Source: Anaeromyxobacter sp. (GTDB lineage Bacteria > Myxococcota > Myxococcia > Myxococcales > Anaeromyxobacteraceae). From it: a stretch of DNA of 64,000 nucleotides. Below the pieces are notes generated by a model. The model made no database searches. It was given only the letters and a program-made list of their open reading frames with translations, and was not told the DNA's origin. The first letter of the stretch is position 1, and every line of letters starts with the position of its first letter. The position numbers and the translations under genes are program-made. The stretch is taken from the NCBI GenBank assembly GCA_049840735.1, contig JASGJN010000020.1, positions 576,001 to 640,000 on the forward strand. The letters run 5' to 3'. Shown piece after piece: positions 40,038-49,068 of the stretch.

Positions 40038-41882
40038 CTAGAACCCCAGCGCCGCGCGCGACGCCGCCAGCGAGCCGCTGGTGGGGAAGCCCAGGCTGGT
40101 GACGAAGCTGGTCATGTCCGCGCCGGTGGCCTCGCTCAGGTAGACCACGTAGCTGTCGCCGGAGAGCTGCGAGCCGAAGGTGCAGCTGTTGGCCGTGAAG
40201 GTGTGCTTCGGCGTGAAGAGCCCCTTCATCGTGGTGGCGTTCCAGTACGGGCCGCTCGCCGCCCCGGACGCTTCCCCCAAGTGCTTGAGGTGCCAGAAGA
40301 TGCAGTCGCCCACGTCGTGCATCTCGGTGAGCGCGGCGCAGCTCTGGCTGAGGCTGTAGTCCGTGCCGCGCTTGTTCTTGAACTCGGACTCGGGACGGTA
40401 GCCCAGGTAGTTGGCGACCGCGTCGGCGAGCCCCTCGTTCAGGCAGCTGTTGTCGGCCGTGAAGAGCTGGGAATAGATGGCGTTGAAGATGGTGTGGGCA
40501 TGCTCGTGCGCGAACTCGGTCTTCAGGTGCGCGGCGATGCCGCCTGGATAGGTCGAGGCGAACCCGGGATTGCCCCAGTTGATAGACACCTCGCCGTTCC
40601 CGATGCTGACGTTGCCCTCGTGGCCCGCCAGCATCGAGATGTCGGCCGGGGAGTAGAAGGCGCGGTAGTTGGGCGGCGTGATGCCGAGGAGCGCCACCTC
40701 CTGCACGTAGATGGTCTCGGAGAAGGCCGCCACCTCGGCGTCGGTCACGGGCAGCGTGTAGGCCGGGGAGCGGATCACCGTGGAGATGCCATGCGCGTTC
40801 TGCAGCGAGGCGCCGGTGAACGGGATGTTGGTGGTGCCGCCCCAGACCGGAACCGTCCCGAAGCTGCCGATGGTGTCCAGGGTGACGCCGGCGGCGACGC
40901 CCAGGGTGGCCTGCGCGGCGTAGACCTGGGAGTACGGGCCCCACCAGTAGACCCAGCCGCTCACCCACATCGGCTGGACGTTGGCCGGGCTCGGCATGAC
41001 CTCATAGCCGCCCATCGACTGGCCGTTGAGGGTCCACTTGAGCGTGGTGGTCCTGGCGGCGGTGCAGGTCGAGACGCCCTCGGGGCAGAGGTTCAGCGCC
41101 GCGGTCTCGGTGCGGTTGGGCATCCAGGACGGGAGGTCCACCCAGACCGGGAAGCTGGCGAAGGTGGCGGCGCTGCTGCCGCGCGAGAAGACGTTGATCT
41201 GGCCGCACCTGGCCATGTGGTTGATGGAGGCGTACGGCGTGCCGCCCTGGGCGACGTTCCCCTCCCAGCCCGGGCCGTTCGAGATGTACGACTTCACCTC
41301 GAACCAGCGGGTGCCGTCGGCCGCCTGGTAGGCCTTCGAGCAGTCCATGTCCACGTCCACCATCCAGTAGTGGGCGCCGTAGGTGTTGAGCGGCTCGACG
41401 CCGTAGCCGTCCACCGCCACGGTCTTCACCGCGCCCCAGCCGCCGGGCCAGGTGTTGGTGGTCCAGTCGGCCGGCGTGCCCTGCGAGACGATGTTGTGCG
41501 AGACGCCGGTCTGGCCGCTCTCGGCGCCGTACCAGTCCAGCATCGTGTCGCCGGTCTTCCACGGGTTGGTGGTGGCGTTCCTGGTGTTGCGGTGGCGGAT
41601 GGGGATGGCGCAGGCGTAGTTGGTGCTGGTGCAGGTCAGGCCCAGCTTGGCCTTGGCCACGTCGTGGTCGATGCCGCCGCGGATGAACAGGTCCTGGCCG
41701 TCGGCGGTCTGGCCCTGGACGAAGATGACGGTGCGCTGCCAGTCGGCGGCGGTGGCCGCGGCCGGGGCCCCGTCGAAGGTGGCCGGCGCGGCGGGATCAC
41801 CCTGCTCGCTGCCGCCGCAGCCGGCGGCGAGGACGGTGAAGGCGGCGAGGACGGCGGTGCGGCGGAAGGCATTGCGGTTCAT
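40038..41882 (-). CDS. Lipoprotein with an alpha-amylase-associated C-terminal-type domain and an HExxH metallopeptidase-like domain
   Basis: MNRNAFRR..LAAGC lipobox; WQRTVIF..GQDLFIRGG..LDWYGAE..GTPADWTTN..HYWMVDVDMDCS..WFEVK..NHMARCG; later FAHEHAH..LNEGLAD. Confidence 0.75.
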   Translation of the reverse strand: MNRNAFRRTAVLAAFTVLAAGCGGSEQGDPAAPATFDGAPAAATAADWQRTVIFVQGQTADGQDLFIRGGIDHDVAKAKLGLTCTSTNYACAIPIRHRNTRNATTNPWKTGDTMLDWYGAESGQTGVSHNIVSQGTPADWTTNTWPGGWGAVKTVAVDGYGVEPLNTYGAHYWMVDVDMDCSKAYQAADGTRWFEVKSYISNGPGWEGNVAQGGTPYASINHMARCGQINVFSRGSSAATFASFPVWVDLPSWMPNRTETAALNLCPEGVSTCTAARTTTLKWTLNGQSMGGYEVMPSPANVQPMWVSGWVYWWGPYSQVYAAQATLGVAAGVTLDTIGSFGTVPVWGGTTNIPFTGASLQNAHGISTVIRSPAYTLPVTDAEVAAFSETIYVQEVALLGITPPNYRAFYSPADISMLAGHEGNVSIGNGEVSINWGNPGFASTYPGGIAAHLKTEFAHEHAHTIFNAIYSQLFTADNSCLNEGLADAVANYLGYRPESEFKNKRGTDYSLSQSCAALTEMHDVGDCIFWHLKHLGEASGAASGPYWNATTMKGLFTPKHTFTANSCTFGSQLSGDSYVVYLSEATGADMTSFVTSLGFPTSGSLAASRAALGF

Positions 41883-42057
41883 TCGGTGTCGCTTCCCCTT
41901 TCTGGAAAGGGCGCGGAATGTAAGGGCCTCCCCGGTCACCCGTACGGAAATGGCGGTCATTGCGCACAAACACCGCAGAAGTCGCCGGGATCGTGCGACG
42001 CTTTGCCGTCCGATCGCGCAATCAATGACGGGCTCTTTTGGAATTCGGACTATTTGC

Positions 42058-42076
42058 ATTGCACCCTCGGTGCAAT
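42058..42076. promoter_or_regulatory. Palindromic candidate operator between the divergent lipoprotein and HAD genes
   Basis: ATTGCACC-ctc-GGTGCAAT in locally AT-rich intergenic DNA. Confidence 0.4.
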
Positions 42077-42194
42077 ACCTGCGACGCCGCGCCCCCTGGA
42101 CGGAACCCCAGCCGCCGCTCCTGGGGCCTGACGCCCGAGGCCCGAGGCCCACCCTGGTGGCCAGCCGCCGGCAGGCGGCGTATGACGTGGGGCC

Positions 42195-42806
42195 ATGGCT
42201 CCCCCCCGTGCGCTGGTGCTCGATCTCGGCGAGGTGCTGGTCCTCGCGCAGGCCCCGGAGGCCATGCCCGCCATGGCCCGCACCGCCGGCGTGGCGCTGG
42301 AGGCGCTGCACGCGGCCTACTGGGGGGAGCGGTTCCCCTACGACCTGCACGGCGATGGCCCGCGCTTCTGGCGCGAGGTGCTGGCCCGCTGCGGCGCGCC
42401 GGCGCCCACGGGTGAGCAGCTGGCCTCGCTGATGGAGCAGGACGGCCGCTCCTGGACCCGCTACCACGAGCCGGTCTGGGACCTGGCGCTGGCCTTCCGC
42501 GCCGCCGGCGGGCGCACGGCCATGCTCTCCAACGGCGTGCCCGAGGTGATGCGCTTCGTGCGCCAGGACCGCCCGCTGGAGCGCTGGTTCGACACGGTGG
42601 TGGTCTCGTGCGAGGTCGGGGTGGCGAAGCCGGACCCTGCCATCTACGCCCTCACCGTGGAGCGGCTGGGCGTGGCGCCCGGCGAGGCGCTCTTCGTGGA
42701 CGACCGGGCGGTGAACGTCGAAGGGGCCCGCGCCGCCGGGCTGCGGGCGCTCCACTACGCCGGCCCCGGCGCGCTGGCTGCGCTGCGGCGCGCGATCGAG
42801 GGCTGA
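42195..42806 (+). CDS. HAD-superfamily phosphatase
   Basis: LVLDLGEVL, LSNG, VAKPDPAIY, FVDDRAVNVEGA. Confidence 0.88.
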   Translation: MAPPRALVLDLGEVLVLAQAPEAMPAMARTAGVALEALHAAYWGERFPYDLHGDGPRFWREVLARCGAPAPTGEQLASLMEQDGRSWTRYHEPVWDLALAFRAAGGRTAMLSNGVPEVMRFVRQDRPLERWFDTVVVSCEVGVAKPDPAIYALTVERLGVAPGEALFVDDRAVNVEGARAAGLRALHYAGPGALAALRRAIEG

Positions 42807-42828
42807 CCGGGCAGGCGGCGCCCCGGAC

Positions 42829-42889
42829 GTCCTTCGACTCCGCGCCCGCTGCGCGGGCGCTACGCCCGCGCTACGCCCAGGATGAGCGG
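42829..42889 (-). repeat. REP-like element with a short internal duplication
   Basis: gtccttcgactccgcgcccgctgcgcgggcgctacgcccgcgctacgcccaggatgagcgg; gctacgccc occurs twice. Confidence 0.75.
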
Positions 42890-43054
42890 ACCCGCGAGGG
42901 AAGCAGGCCGGCGCCCGCAACCCCTGCGGCAGGACGCCGCGCGCGCTCACCCCTGGCACCATGCCCCACGGGACCGGGCGCGCTGGCGTGCTAGAGAGTT
43001 CGCCCCCGGCTACCACGAAACGGGCGCCGGTGGGCCCCTTCCCAGGAGACCGAC

Positions 43055-44758
43055 GTGTCGCAGATCGCCTCGCTCATCACCTCGACCGAGAAGCACCGCT
43101 CCATCTTCGAGGAGTGCATCCGCAAGCTGGACGTCCCCGTCTGCGCCGCGTTCAAGGCCGGCGGCGCGCTCGCTCCGGTCAGCTTCGCCGCCAGCGCCGA
43201 CGCGCTCGCCACGCGCGACGCCGCCACGGTCAAGGCCCAGTTCACGAAGGTCACCGCCGCGTCGGGCGACCGCGTGCTGGTCGCCACCGGCAAGAACCCC
43301 ACCCCGCTCTCCGGCAAGCGCGTGGCGGTCCTCTTCTCCGGCGGCCCGGCCGCCGGCGGCCACAACGTCATCGCCGGCCTGAAGGCCGCGCTGGGCAAGC
43401 ACAACACGCTGCTCGGCGTCCGCGCCGGCCCCAAGGGGCTCATCGAGGGCAAGCTCTTCGAGATCACCGACGAGGGGGTGGCCTCGGTCCTCAACACCGG
43501 CGGCTTCGACTTCCTCGGCTCCGACCGCACCAAGATCAAGAAGCCCGAGCAGTTCGCGGCCGTGAAGAAGACCTGCGTCGACCACGACCTCGACGCCATC
43601 GTGGTGGTGGGCGGCGACGACTCCAACACCAACGCGGCCGTGCTGGCCGAGCTGCTCTTCGACGGCGTGAAGCCGGACGGGCGCGGCGTGGCGGTGATCG
43701 GCGTCCCCAAGACCATCGACGGCGACCTGCAGATCGGCGACCTGCTGCCCATCTCCTTCGGCTTCGACACCGCCACCCGCGTGTACGCCGAGATGACGGG
43801 CAACATCCTCCAGGACACGCCCTCCTCCCGGAAGTACTGGCACTTCGTGAAGCTGATGGGGCGCGCCGCCTCGCACGTCGCCCTCGAGGTGGCGCTGCAG
43901 GTGAAGCCGGCCATCGCGCTCATCTCGGAGGAGATCGCCGAGAAGAAGATGCCGCTCGCGAAGATCATCGACGGCATCGCCCAGGTGGTGGTGGCCCGCT
44001 CGAGGAAGGGCATCCACCACGGCGTGGTGCTGGTGCCGGAGGGGCTGATCGAGTTCATCCCCGAGATGAACGCCCTCATCGACGCGCTCAACCACGAGAT
44101 GGCGGCCCACGCGGCCGAGCTCGGCGGCATGACCCAGGCCGACCGCGTCCCCTTCGTGGCCGCGAAGCTCTCCGGTGAGCTGTCGACGCTGTTCAAGTCG
44201 CTGCCGGCCTACCTGCAGAACATGCTGGTGGCCGACCGCGACTCGCACGGCAACCTGCAGGTCTCGCTCATCCCCACCGAGCGGCTCCTCAAGGACATGG
44301 TGGCGCAGCGCGTGAAGGAGCTCGACCCGGAGGTCAAGTTCTCCACGCACAACCACTTCTTCGGCTACGAGGGGCGCTGCGGCGCGCCGACGCTGTTCGA
44401 CGCGGCCTACACCTTCAACCTCGGCCTCACCGCCGGCTCGCTCATCCTCTCCGGCAAGACCGGCTTCATGGCCTCGATCCGCGACCTGGAGAAGGGCGGC
44501 ACGCCGGTGGCCATCCCGCTCTGCGGGCTGCTCAACGTCGAGCGGCGCCACGGCAAGGACGAGCTGGTCATCGAGAAGGCGCTGGTGAAGTGCGACTCGC
44601 CGGCGTTCAGGTACTTCGCCTCCCGCCGCGAGGCCTGGGCGGCCGAGGACGTGTTCTGCTCGCCCGGCCCGCGCCAGCTGTGGGGCCCGGCCGCCCAGCA
44701 GATCCCGATGACGGTCGCGCTCAACCGCGACTACGACAGCCTGAGCTTCAAGTTCTAG
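43055..44758 (+). CDS. pfp: Pyrophosphate-dependent phosphofructokinase (long clade)
   Basis: SGGPAAGGHNV, NTGGFD, GGDDSNTNA (GGDD indicates PPi specificity), PKTIDGD, LMGR, FFGYEGR. Confidence 0.93.
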   Translation: MSQIASLITSTEKHRSIFEECIRKLDVPVCAAFKAGGALAPVSFAASADALATRDAATVKAQFTKVTAASGDRVLVATGKNPTPLSGKRVAVLFSGGPAAGGHNVIAGLKAALGKHNTLLGVRAGPKGLIEGKLFEITDEGVASVLNTGGFDFLGSDRTKIKKPEQFAAVKKTCVDHDLDAIVVVGGDDSNTNAAVLAELLFDGVKPDGRGVAVIGVPKTIDGDLQIGDLLPISFGFDTATRVYAEMTGNILQDTPSSRKYWHFVKLMGRAASHVALEVALQVKPAIALISEEIAEKKMPLAKIIDGIAQVVVARSRKGIHHGVVLVPEGLIEFIPEMNALIDALNHEMAAHAAELGGMTQADRVPFVAAKLSGELSTLFKSLPAYLQNMLVADRDSHGNLQVSLIPTERLLKDMVAQRVKELDPEVKFSTHNHFFGYEGRCGAPTLFDAAYTFNLGLTAGSLILSGKTGFMASIRDLEKGGTPVAIPLCGLLNVERRHGKDELVIEKALVKCDSPAFRYFASRREAWAAEDVFCSPGPRQLWGPAAQQIPMTVALNRDYDSLSFKF

Positions 44759-44817
44759 GAGTTCCGCCTGCCGCTGGACGGCCCCGGTGCGCACCCGCGC
44801 CCGGGGCCGTTCCCGCT

Positions 44818-45817
44818 TCAGCGTTCGCTGTCGAGCCGGGCCATCTGCCCCGGGTCGTAGCGCGTGCCCGCTACGGCGCTGGCCGGCACCGCCTGCTCCA
44901 GGCGCGCCAGCTCCTCCGCCGAGAGCGTCACCTGCAGGGCCCCGAGCGCGTCCGCCAGCTGGGCGCGGGTGCGCGCGCCGATCACCGGCACCACCGCCTC
45001 GCCGCCGCGCTGGCGCACCCAGGCGATGGCCAGCTGCACCGGCGTGACTCCCTTCTCCGCCGCCACCGCCGCCAGGGCCGCCGCCAGGGCGGCGTTCCGC
45101 TCCCCGTTGTCGCCGGCGAAGCGCGGGAGGTGGGCGCGGAAGTCGCGGGCGCCCTTCGGCCGCGAGCCGGCCAGCAGCCCGCGGGAGAGGACGCCGTAGG
45201 CCGTGACCGCGAGCCCCAGCTCGCGCACCGTGGGCAGGATGCGCGCCTCCGGCCCCCGGCTCACCAGGGAGTACTCGATCTGCAGGTCGGAGAGCGGGTG
45301 GACGGCGGCCGCCCGGCGGAGGGTCTCCGGCCCCACCTCGGAGAGCCCGATGGCGCGCACGTAGCCGGCCTTCACCAGGTCGGCGATGGCGCCGATGGTG
45401 TCCTCGATGGGCACCGAGGGATTCGAGCCGGGACGGGCGGTAGACGTCGACGTGGTCGGTGCCGAGCCGGACCAGCGAGTAGGCCAGGAAGCTCTTCACC
45501 GCCGCGGGGCGGCTGTCGAAGCCCGTCCAGCTGCCGTCCGGCCCGCGCAGCGCCCCGAACTTCACTGAGAGCAAGGCCCTGTCGCGCCGGCCCGCCAGCG
45601 CCTTGCCGATGAGCAGCTCGTTGTGGCCCGAGCCGTAGAAGTCGCCGGTGTCGAGCAGGTTCACCCCCGCGTCCAGCGCGGCGTGGATGGTGGCGATCGA
45701 CTCCGCCTCGTCGGCGGGGCCGTACATGCCGGACATCCCCATGCAGCCGAGGGCCAGCGGAAACGTGCGGAGCCCGGAGGCCCCGAGCGAGCGGTGCGGC
45801 ATGGTGGTGGTGGTCAT
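44818..45817 (-). CDS. Aldo/keto reductase; frameshift near 45420
   Basis: [29 protein letters not shown]; then [30 protein letters not shown]. Confidence 0.9.
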
Positions 45818-45853
45818 GGCGCAGGGGTAAGCGGCCGGGTACACATCCGCAAG

Positions 45854-45888
45854 GAGGCACCTCGAGGTGCCTCGGTCACCTCGAGGTC
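45854..45888. promoter_or_regulatory. Candidate operator for the HxlR-family regulator
   Basis: Perfect 20-bp palindrome GAGGCACCTC/GAGGTGCCTC (45854-45873) plus a second CACCTCGAGGT copy, between the divergent AKR and regulator genes. Confidence 0.55.
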
Positions 45889-45891
45889 ACC

Positions 45892-46320
45892 ATGTCGAAG
45901 CTCCCACGCCGCTCGGAGGAGCAGGCCCAGGCCGATCGCCTCGTCCGCGAGGTCCTCGCCCGCGTGGCCGATGCCTGGACGCTCGAGGTCCTCGAGGCGC
46001 TCACCGGCGGAGCGCCGGTCCGGTTCACCCGGCTCCGCGAGCGCCTGGGCGGCGTCAGCCAGAAGGTGCTGACCCAGACCCTGCGCCGGCTGGAGCGCGA
46101 CGGCCTCGTCACCCGGACGGTGCACGCGACCGTGCCACCACAGGTGGAGTACCAGCTCACCGGGCTGGGCGACTCGCTGGGCGAGGCGGTCTGCGGGATC
46201 TGGACCTGGGTCGAGGCGCATGCCCCCGAGGTGGGGCAGGCCCGCCGGACCTTCGACGAGCGCGCCGAGGCGGCCGTGGCCGGGGTGCCGCACCGGCAGC
46301 CGGTGCGAACCTCAACGTGA
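45892..46320 (+). CDS. HxlR-family winged-helix transcriptional regulator
   Basis: ADAWTL, RFTRL, VSQKVLTQTLRRLERDGLV, PPQVEYQLT. Confidence 0.92.
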   Translation: MSKLPRRSEEQAQADRLVREVLARVADAWTLEVLEALTGGAPVRFTRLRERLGGVSQKVLTQTLRRLERDGLVTRTVHATVPPQVEYQLTGLGDSLGEAVCGIWTWVEAHAPEVGQARRTFDERAEAAVAGVPHRQPVRTST

Positions 46321-46393
46321 GGCATCAGCGGCCTCGGGCTGTCCGCCAGAGGCCTCCTGTGTGTTCCGGAGAACTGCCGAAGGCAGCTCCGCG

Positions 46394-46825
46394 TCAGCCC
46401 TCGCCCGGCTCCCCCGGGAACCGCTGCTTGAGGTCCGAAAGCCACCGGTTCACGACCGGGCTGGCGCTCCGCCCGAGGGCCCGGACAGCCTCGCCCGGGA
46501 GCCGCGCCTCGACCGCCTCCAGCGACTCCGGGGCGTAGAAGGGCACCGCCACCCACACCCGGTCGAACACGTGGACGTCGAACGGCCCGTCACCGAGCAG
46601 CCGCCGGGCCTCGGGCAGGTGCTCGAACGCGGACTTGAACAGGGCCAGGAACAGGAGCTTGGCGCGCTCCAGGTGGTCGGCCCGGGACCAGGGTGAGCGA
46701 TCCGCGATCTGGCCGTCCAGCAGCGCGGCTTCGCCGAGGGCAGCGGCCAGGTCGGGATCGGCGCCGTCGAGCGCCTCCAGCCCCGCCGCGTTCAGCGAGA
46801 TCACGTAACAGACCTTGTAGAACAT
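46394..46825 (-). CDS. Hypothetical protein (~143 aa)
   Basis: MFYKVCYVISLNAAG...; GC3-rich open frame, no family recognised. Confidence 0.6.
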   Translation of the reverse strand: MFYKVCYVISLNAAGLEALDGADPDLAAALGEAALLDGQIADRSPWSRADHLERAKLLFLALFKSAFEHLPEARRLLGDGPFDVHVFDRVWVAVPFYAPESLEAVEARLPGEAVRALGRSASPVVNRWLSDLKQRFPGEPGEG

Positions 46826-46866
46826 GTCGTATCCGCCGGCCTCCACGGGCCACACGGCCCAACGGC

Positions 46867-46976
46867 GCCCTTCGACTCCGCCGCGGCGAAGCCGCGGCTA
46901 CGCTCAGGGCGAACGGTCATCCCGCCCCGTTCGCCCTGAGCGTAGCGCCCGCACAGCGGGCGCGAAGTCGAAGGGC
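46867..46976. repeat. Inverted pair of REP-like elements (46867-46916 and 46927-46976)
   Basis: gcccttcgactcc..ctacgctcagggcgaacgg, 10-nt spacer, then ccgttcgccctgagcgtagc..gcgaagtcgaagggc. Confidence 0.88.
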
Positions 46977-46986
46977 AGGCGCAACC

Positions 46987-47487
46987 TCAGGCCACCGCCA
47001 CGAACTTCGCGCCGGCCACGCCGCAGACCGGGCACTTCTCCGGCGGAACGCCGAACTCGAGGTGGCCGCAGGTCGGGCAGAGGTAGACCTCCATCTTCGA
47101 GAGGTCCTGCCCGCCCTCCAGCGCCGCGAGCGCCTGCTTGAACAGCTCGGCGTGCACCTGCTCGACCCGGTTGGCCCAGTCGAGCATGGTCTTCGCCTTG
47201 TGCCCCTCGGCCTGCGCCTGGGCCACCATGGGCGGGTACATCTCGGTGAACTCGTAGGTCTCGCCCTGAACCGCCGCGCGCAGGTTCTCCAGCGTGGTGC
47301 CCACGCCGCCCATGTTGTTCAGATGCCCCAGCGCGTGGATGGTCTCGGCCTCGGCCGCCGCCCGGAAGAGCTTGGCGATGGTGGCGAAGCCCTCCTTCTC
47401 CGCTTTCTTCGCGAAGGCGAGGTACTTGCGGTTGGCCTGGCTCTCGCCGGCGAAGGCTTCCTTCAGGTTCTCTTGCGTGGTGGCCAC
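46987..47487 (-). CDS. rbr: Rubrerythrin
   Basis: NLKEAFAGESQANRKY, EAETIHA, ETYEFTEMY, EQVH, C-terminal CPTCG..CPVCG rubredoxin-like domain. Confidence 0.93.
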   Translation of the reverse strand: MATTQENLKEAFAGESQANRKYLAFAKKAEKEGFATIAKLFRAAAEAETIHALGHLNNMGGVGTTLENLRAAVQGETYEFTEMYPPMVAQAQAEGHKAKTMLDWANRVEQVHAELFKQALAALEGGQDLSKMEVYLCPTCGHLEFGVPPEKCPVCGVAGAKFVAVA

Positions 47488-47544
47488 GGGGACTCCGGGA
47501 TCGGGGTGAGCCTCCACGCTTACGCTGCCCCTGCCGGCCCGCCC

Positions 47545-47558
47545 TTGATCCTGGTCAA
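47545..47558. promoter_or_regulatory. FNR/CRP-family box upstream of rubrerythrin
   Basis: TTGAT-cctg-GTCAA matches 9 of 10 positions of TTGAT-N4-ATCAA; about 60 bp upstream of the rbr start. Confidence 0.6.
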
Positions 47559-48145
47559 CCTTCACCCCCGCCAGCCTGGCCGGCTCGCGCGAAGCGGCGG
47601 TCGGGGACCAGCCACCAGGCCGCCACCGCCACGACGAGGCCGACCGCCAGCCAGCGCCAGGCGAAGGCCAGCGGGATGGCGACGGCGTAGACCGCCACCG
47701 ACAGCTTGCCTTTGGCGTCATTTCCCAGCCCCGCCGCCAGCCGCGAACCGGGCCCGTGCAGCGCCAGCAGGGAGCGGGTCAGGCCGAAGTAGGCCACGCC
47801 GGAGAGGAGCTGCACCGCCGCGTAGAGGGCCACGGTGTCCGGCGCGGCCGCGTGCTCGCCCATCCAGGCGGTCACGAAGGGCATGAGCGAGAGCCAGAAC
47901 AGCAGGTGGACGTTGGCCCAGAGGACCCGGCCGTCCACCCGCTCCACCGCGTGCATCAGGTGGTGGTGGTTGTTCCAGTAGATGGCCAGGAAGACGAAGG
48001 AGAGCAGGTACGAGAGCAGCTTGGGGAGGAGCGGCGCCAGGTCGGCCAGCCGCGTCCCCTCCGGCGGGTGCAGCTCCAGGACCATGATGGTGATGAGGAT
48101 GGCGATCACGCCGTCGCTGAAGGCCTCGAGCCGTCCACGGGTCAT
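47555..48145 (-). CDS. TMEM175-family (DUF1211) potassium channel
   Basis: RLEAFSDGVIAILITIMVLE signature, YWNNHHH, six hydrophobic segments. Confidence 0.92.
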   Translation of the reverse strand: MTRGRLEAFSDGVIAILITIMVLELHPPEGTRLADLAPLLPKLLSYLLSFVFLAIYWNNHHHLMHAVERVDGRVLWANVHLLFWLSLMPFVTAWMGEHAAAPDTVALYAAVQLLSGVAYFGLTRSLLALHGPGSRLAAGLGNDAKGKLSVAVYAVAIPLAFAWRWLAVGLVVAVAAWWLVPDRRFARAGQAGGGEG

Positions 48146-48297
48146 GGGGCAGGAACCTAACCGGCCTCCCCGGGGGGCCGCCAGCCGGGCGCAGGCCGCC
48201 GCGCCCGCTCCCGGCCCGTCCGGCTGGCGTCGGTGCGGGGGTTCCGTTATAACGGAGGAGCCGCCGGACCGACCGGGGGCCGGAGGCGCCAGGGCGC

Positions 48298-49068
48298 ATG
48301 TGCCAGCTGCTCGGGATGAGCTGCAACGTCCCCACCGACATCTGCTTCTCCTTCGAGGGCTTCTCGCGCCGCGGCGGCGGCACCGACGTGCACGCCGACG
48401 GCTGGGGCATCGCCTTCTTCGAGGGGAAGGCCTGCCGCGTCTTCCTCGACCCGGCGCCGGCCCAGGGCTCGGCGGTGGCGGAGCTGGTGCGCCGCGTCCC
48501 CATCCGCTCCACCAGCGTCATCGCCCACATCCGCAAGGCCACCCAGGGCTCCGTGGCGCTGGAGAACTGCCACCCCTTCCAGCGCGAGCTGTGGGGCCGC
48601 CACTGGGCCTTCGCCCACAACGGAAACCTCGAGGGGTTCGAGCGCCCCACCCCGCGCAGCTACTGGCCGGTCGGCTCCACCGACAGCGAGGCCGCCTTCT
48701 GCGTGCTGCTGGAGGCCTTGCGCGAGCGGTTCCCGGGCGGCCGCCCGCCGCTCGCAGACCTCCGGGCGGCGCTGGCCGAGGAGACGGCGCGGCTGGCCCG
48801 CCACGGCCCCTTCAACTACCTGCTCTCCGACGGCGAGCATCTCTTCGCCCACGCCACCACGCGGCTCCACTACCTCGTCCGCCAGGCGCCGTTCGCCGCG
48901 GCCCACCTCGTCGACTGCGACCTTTCGGTGGACTTCGCCGAGCTGACCACGGCGCAGGACCGGGTGGCGGTGATCGCCACCGTCCCGCTCACCGACAACG
49001 AGGACTGGATCCCGCTGCCGCTGGGCGAGGTGGTGGCGTTCCGAGACGGCGCGCTGGTGCGGGCCTAG
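48298..49068 (+). CDS. Class II glutamine amidotransferase, YafJ-like
   Basis: N-terminal MCQLLGMS, HADGWG, IAHIRKAT, NCHPF, FAHNG, GSTDSE. Confidence 0.92.
   Translation: MCQLLGMSCNVPTDICFSFEGFSRRGGGTDVHADGWGIAFFEGKACRVFLDPAPAQGSAVAELVRRVPIRSTSVIAHIRKATQGSVALENCHPFQRELWGRHWAFAHNGNLEGFERPTPRSYWPVGSTDSEAAFCVLLEALRERFPGGRPPLADLRAALAEETARLARHGPFNYLLSDGEHLFAHATTRLHYLVRQAPFAAAHLVDCDLSVDFAELTTAQDRVAVIATVPLTDNEDWIPLPLGEVVAFRDGALVRA

Noticed and set aside
41900..42040. c-di-GMP-I riboswitch (GGCAAAG on the minus strand)
   Set aside because: Only a short partial match; tetraloop/receptor and second stem not identifiable.
46867..46976. REP core (CTGAG..CGAAG) as a hammerhead ribozyme
   Set aside because: Lacks the CUGAnGA and GAAA core and a three-stem junction with a cleavage triplet.
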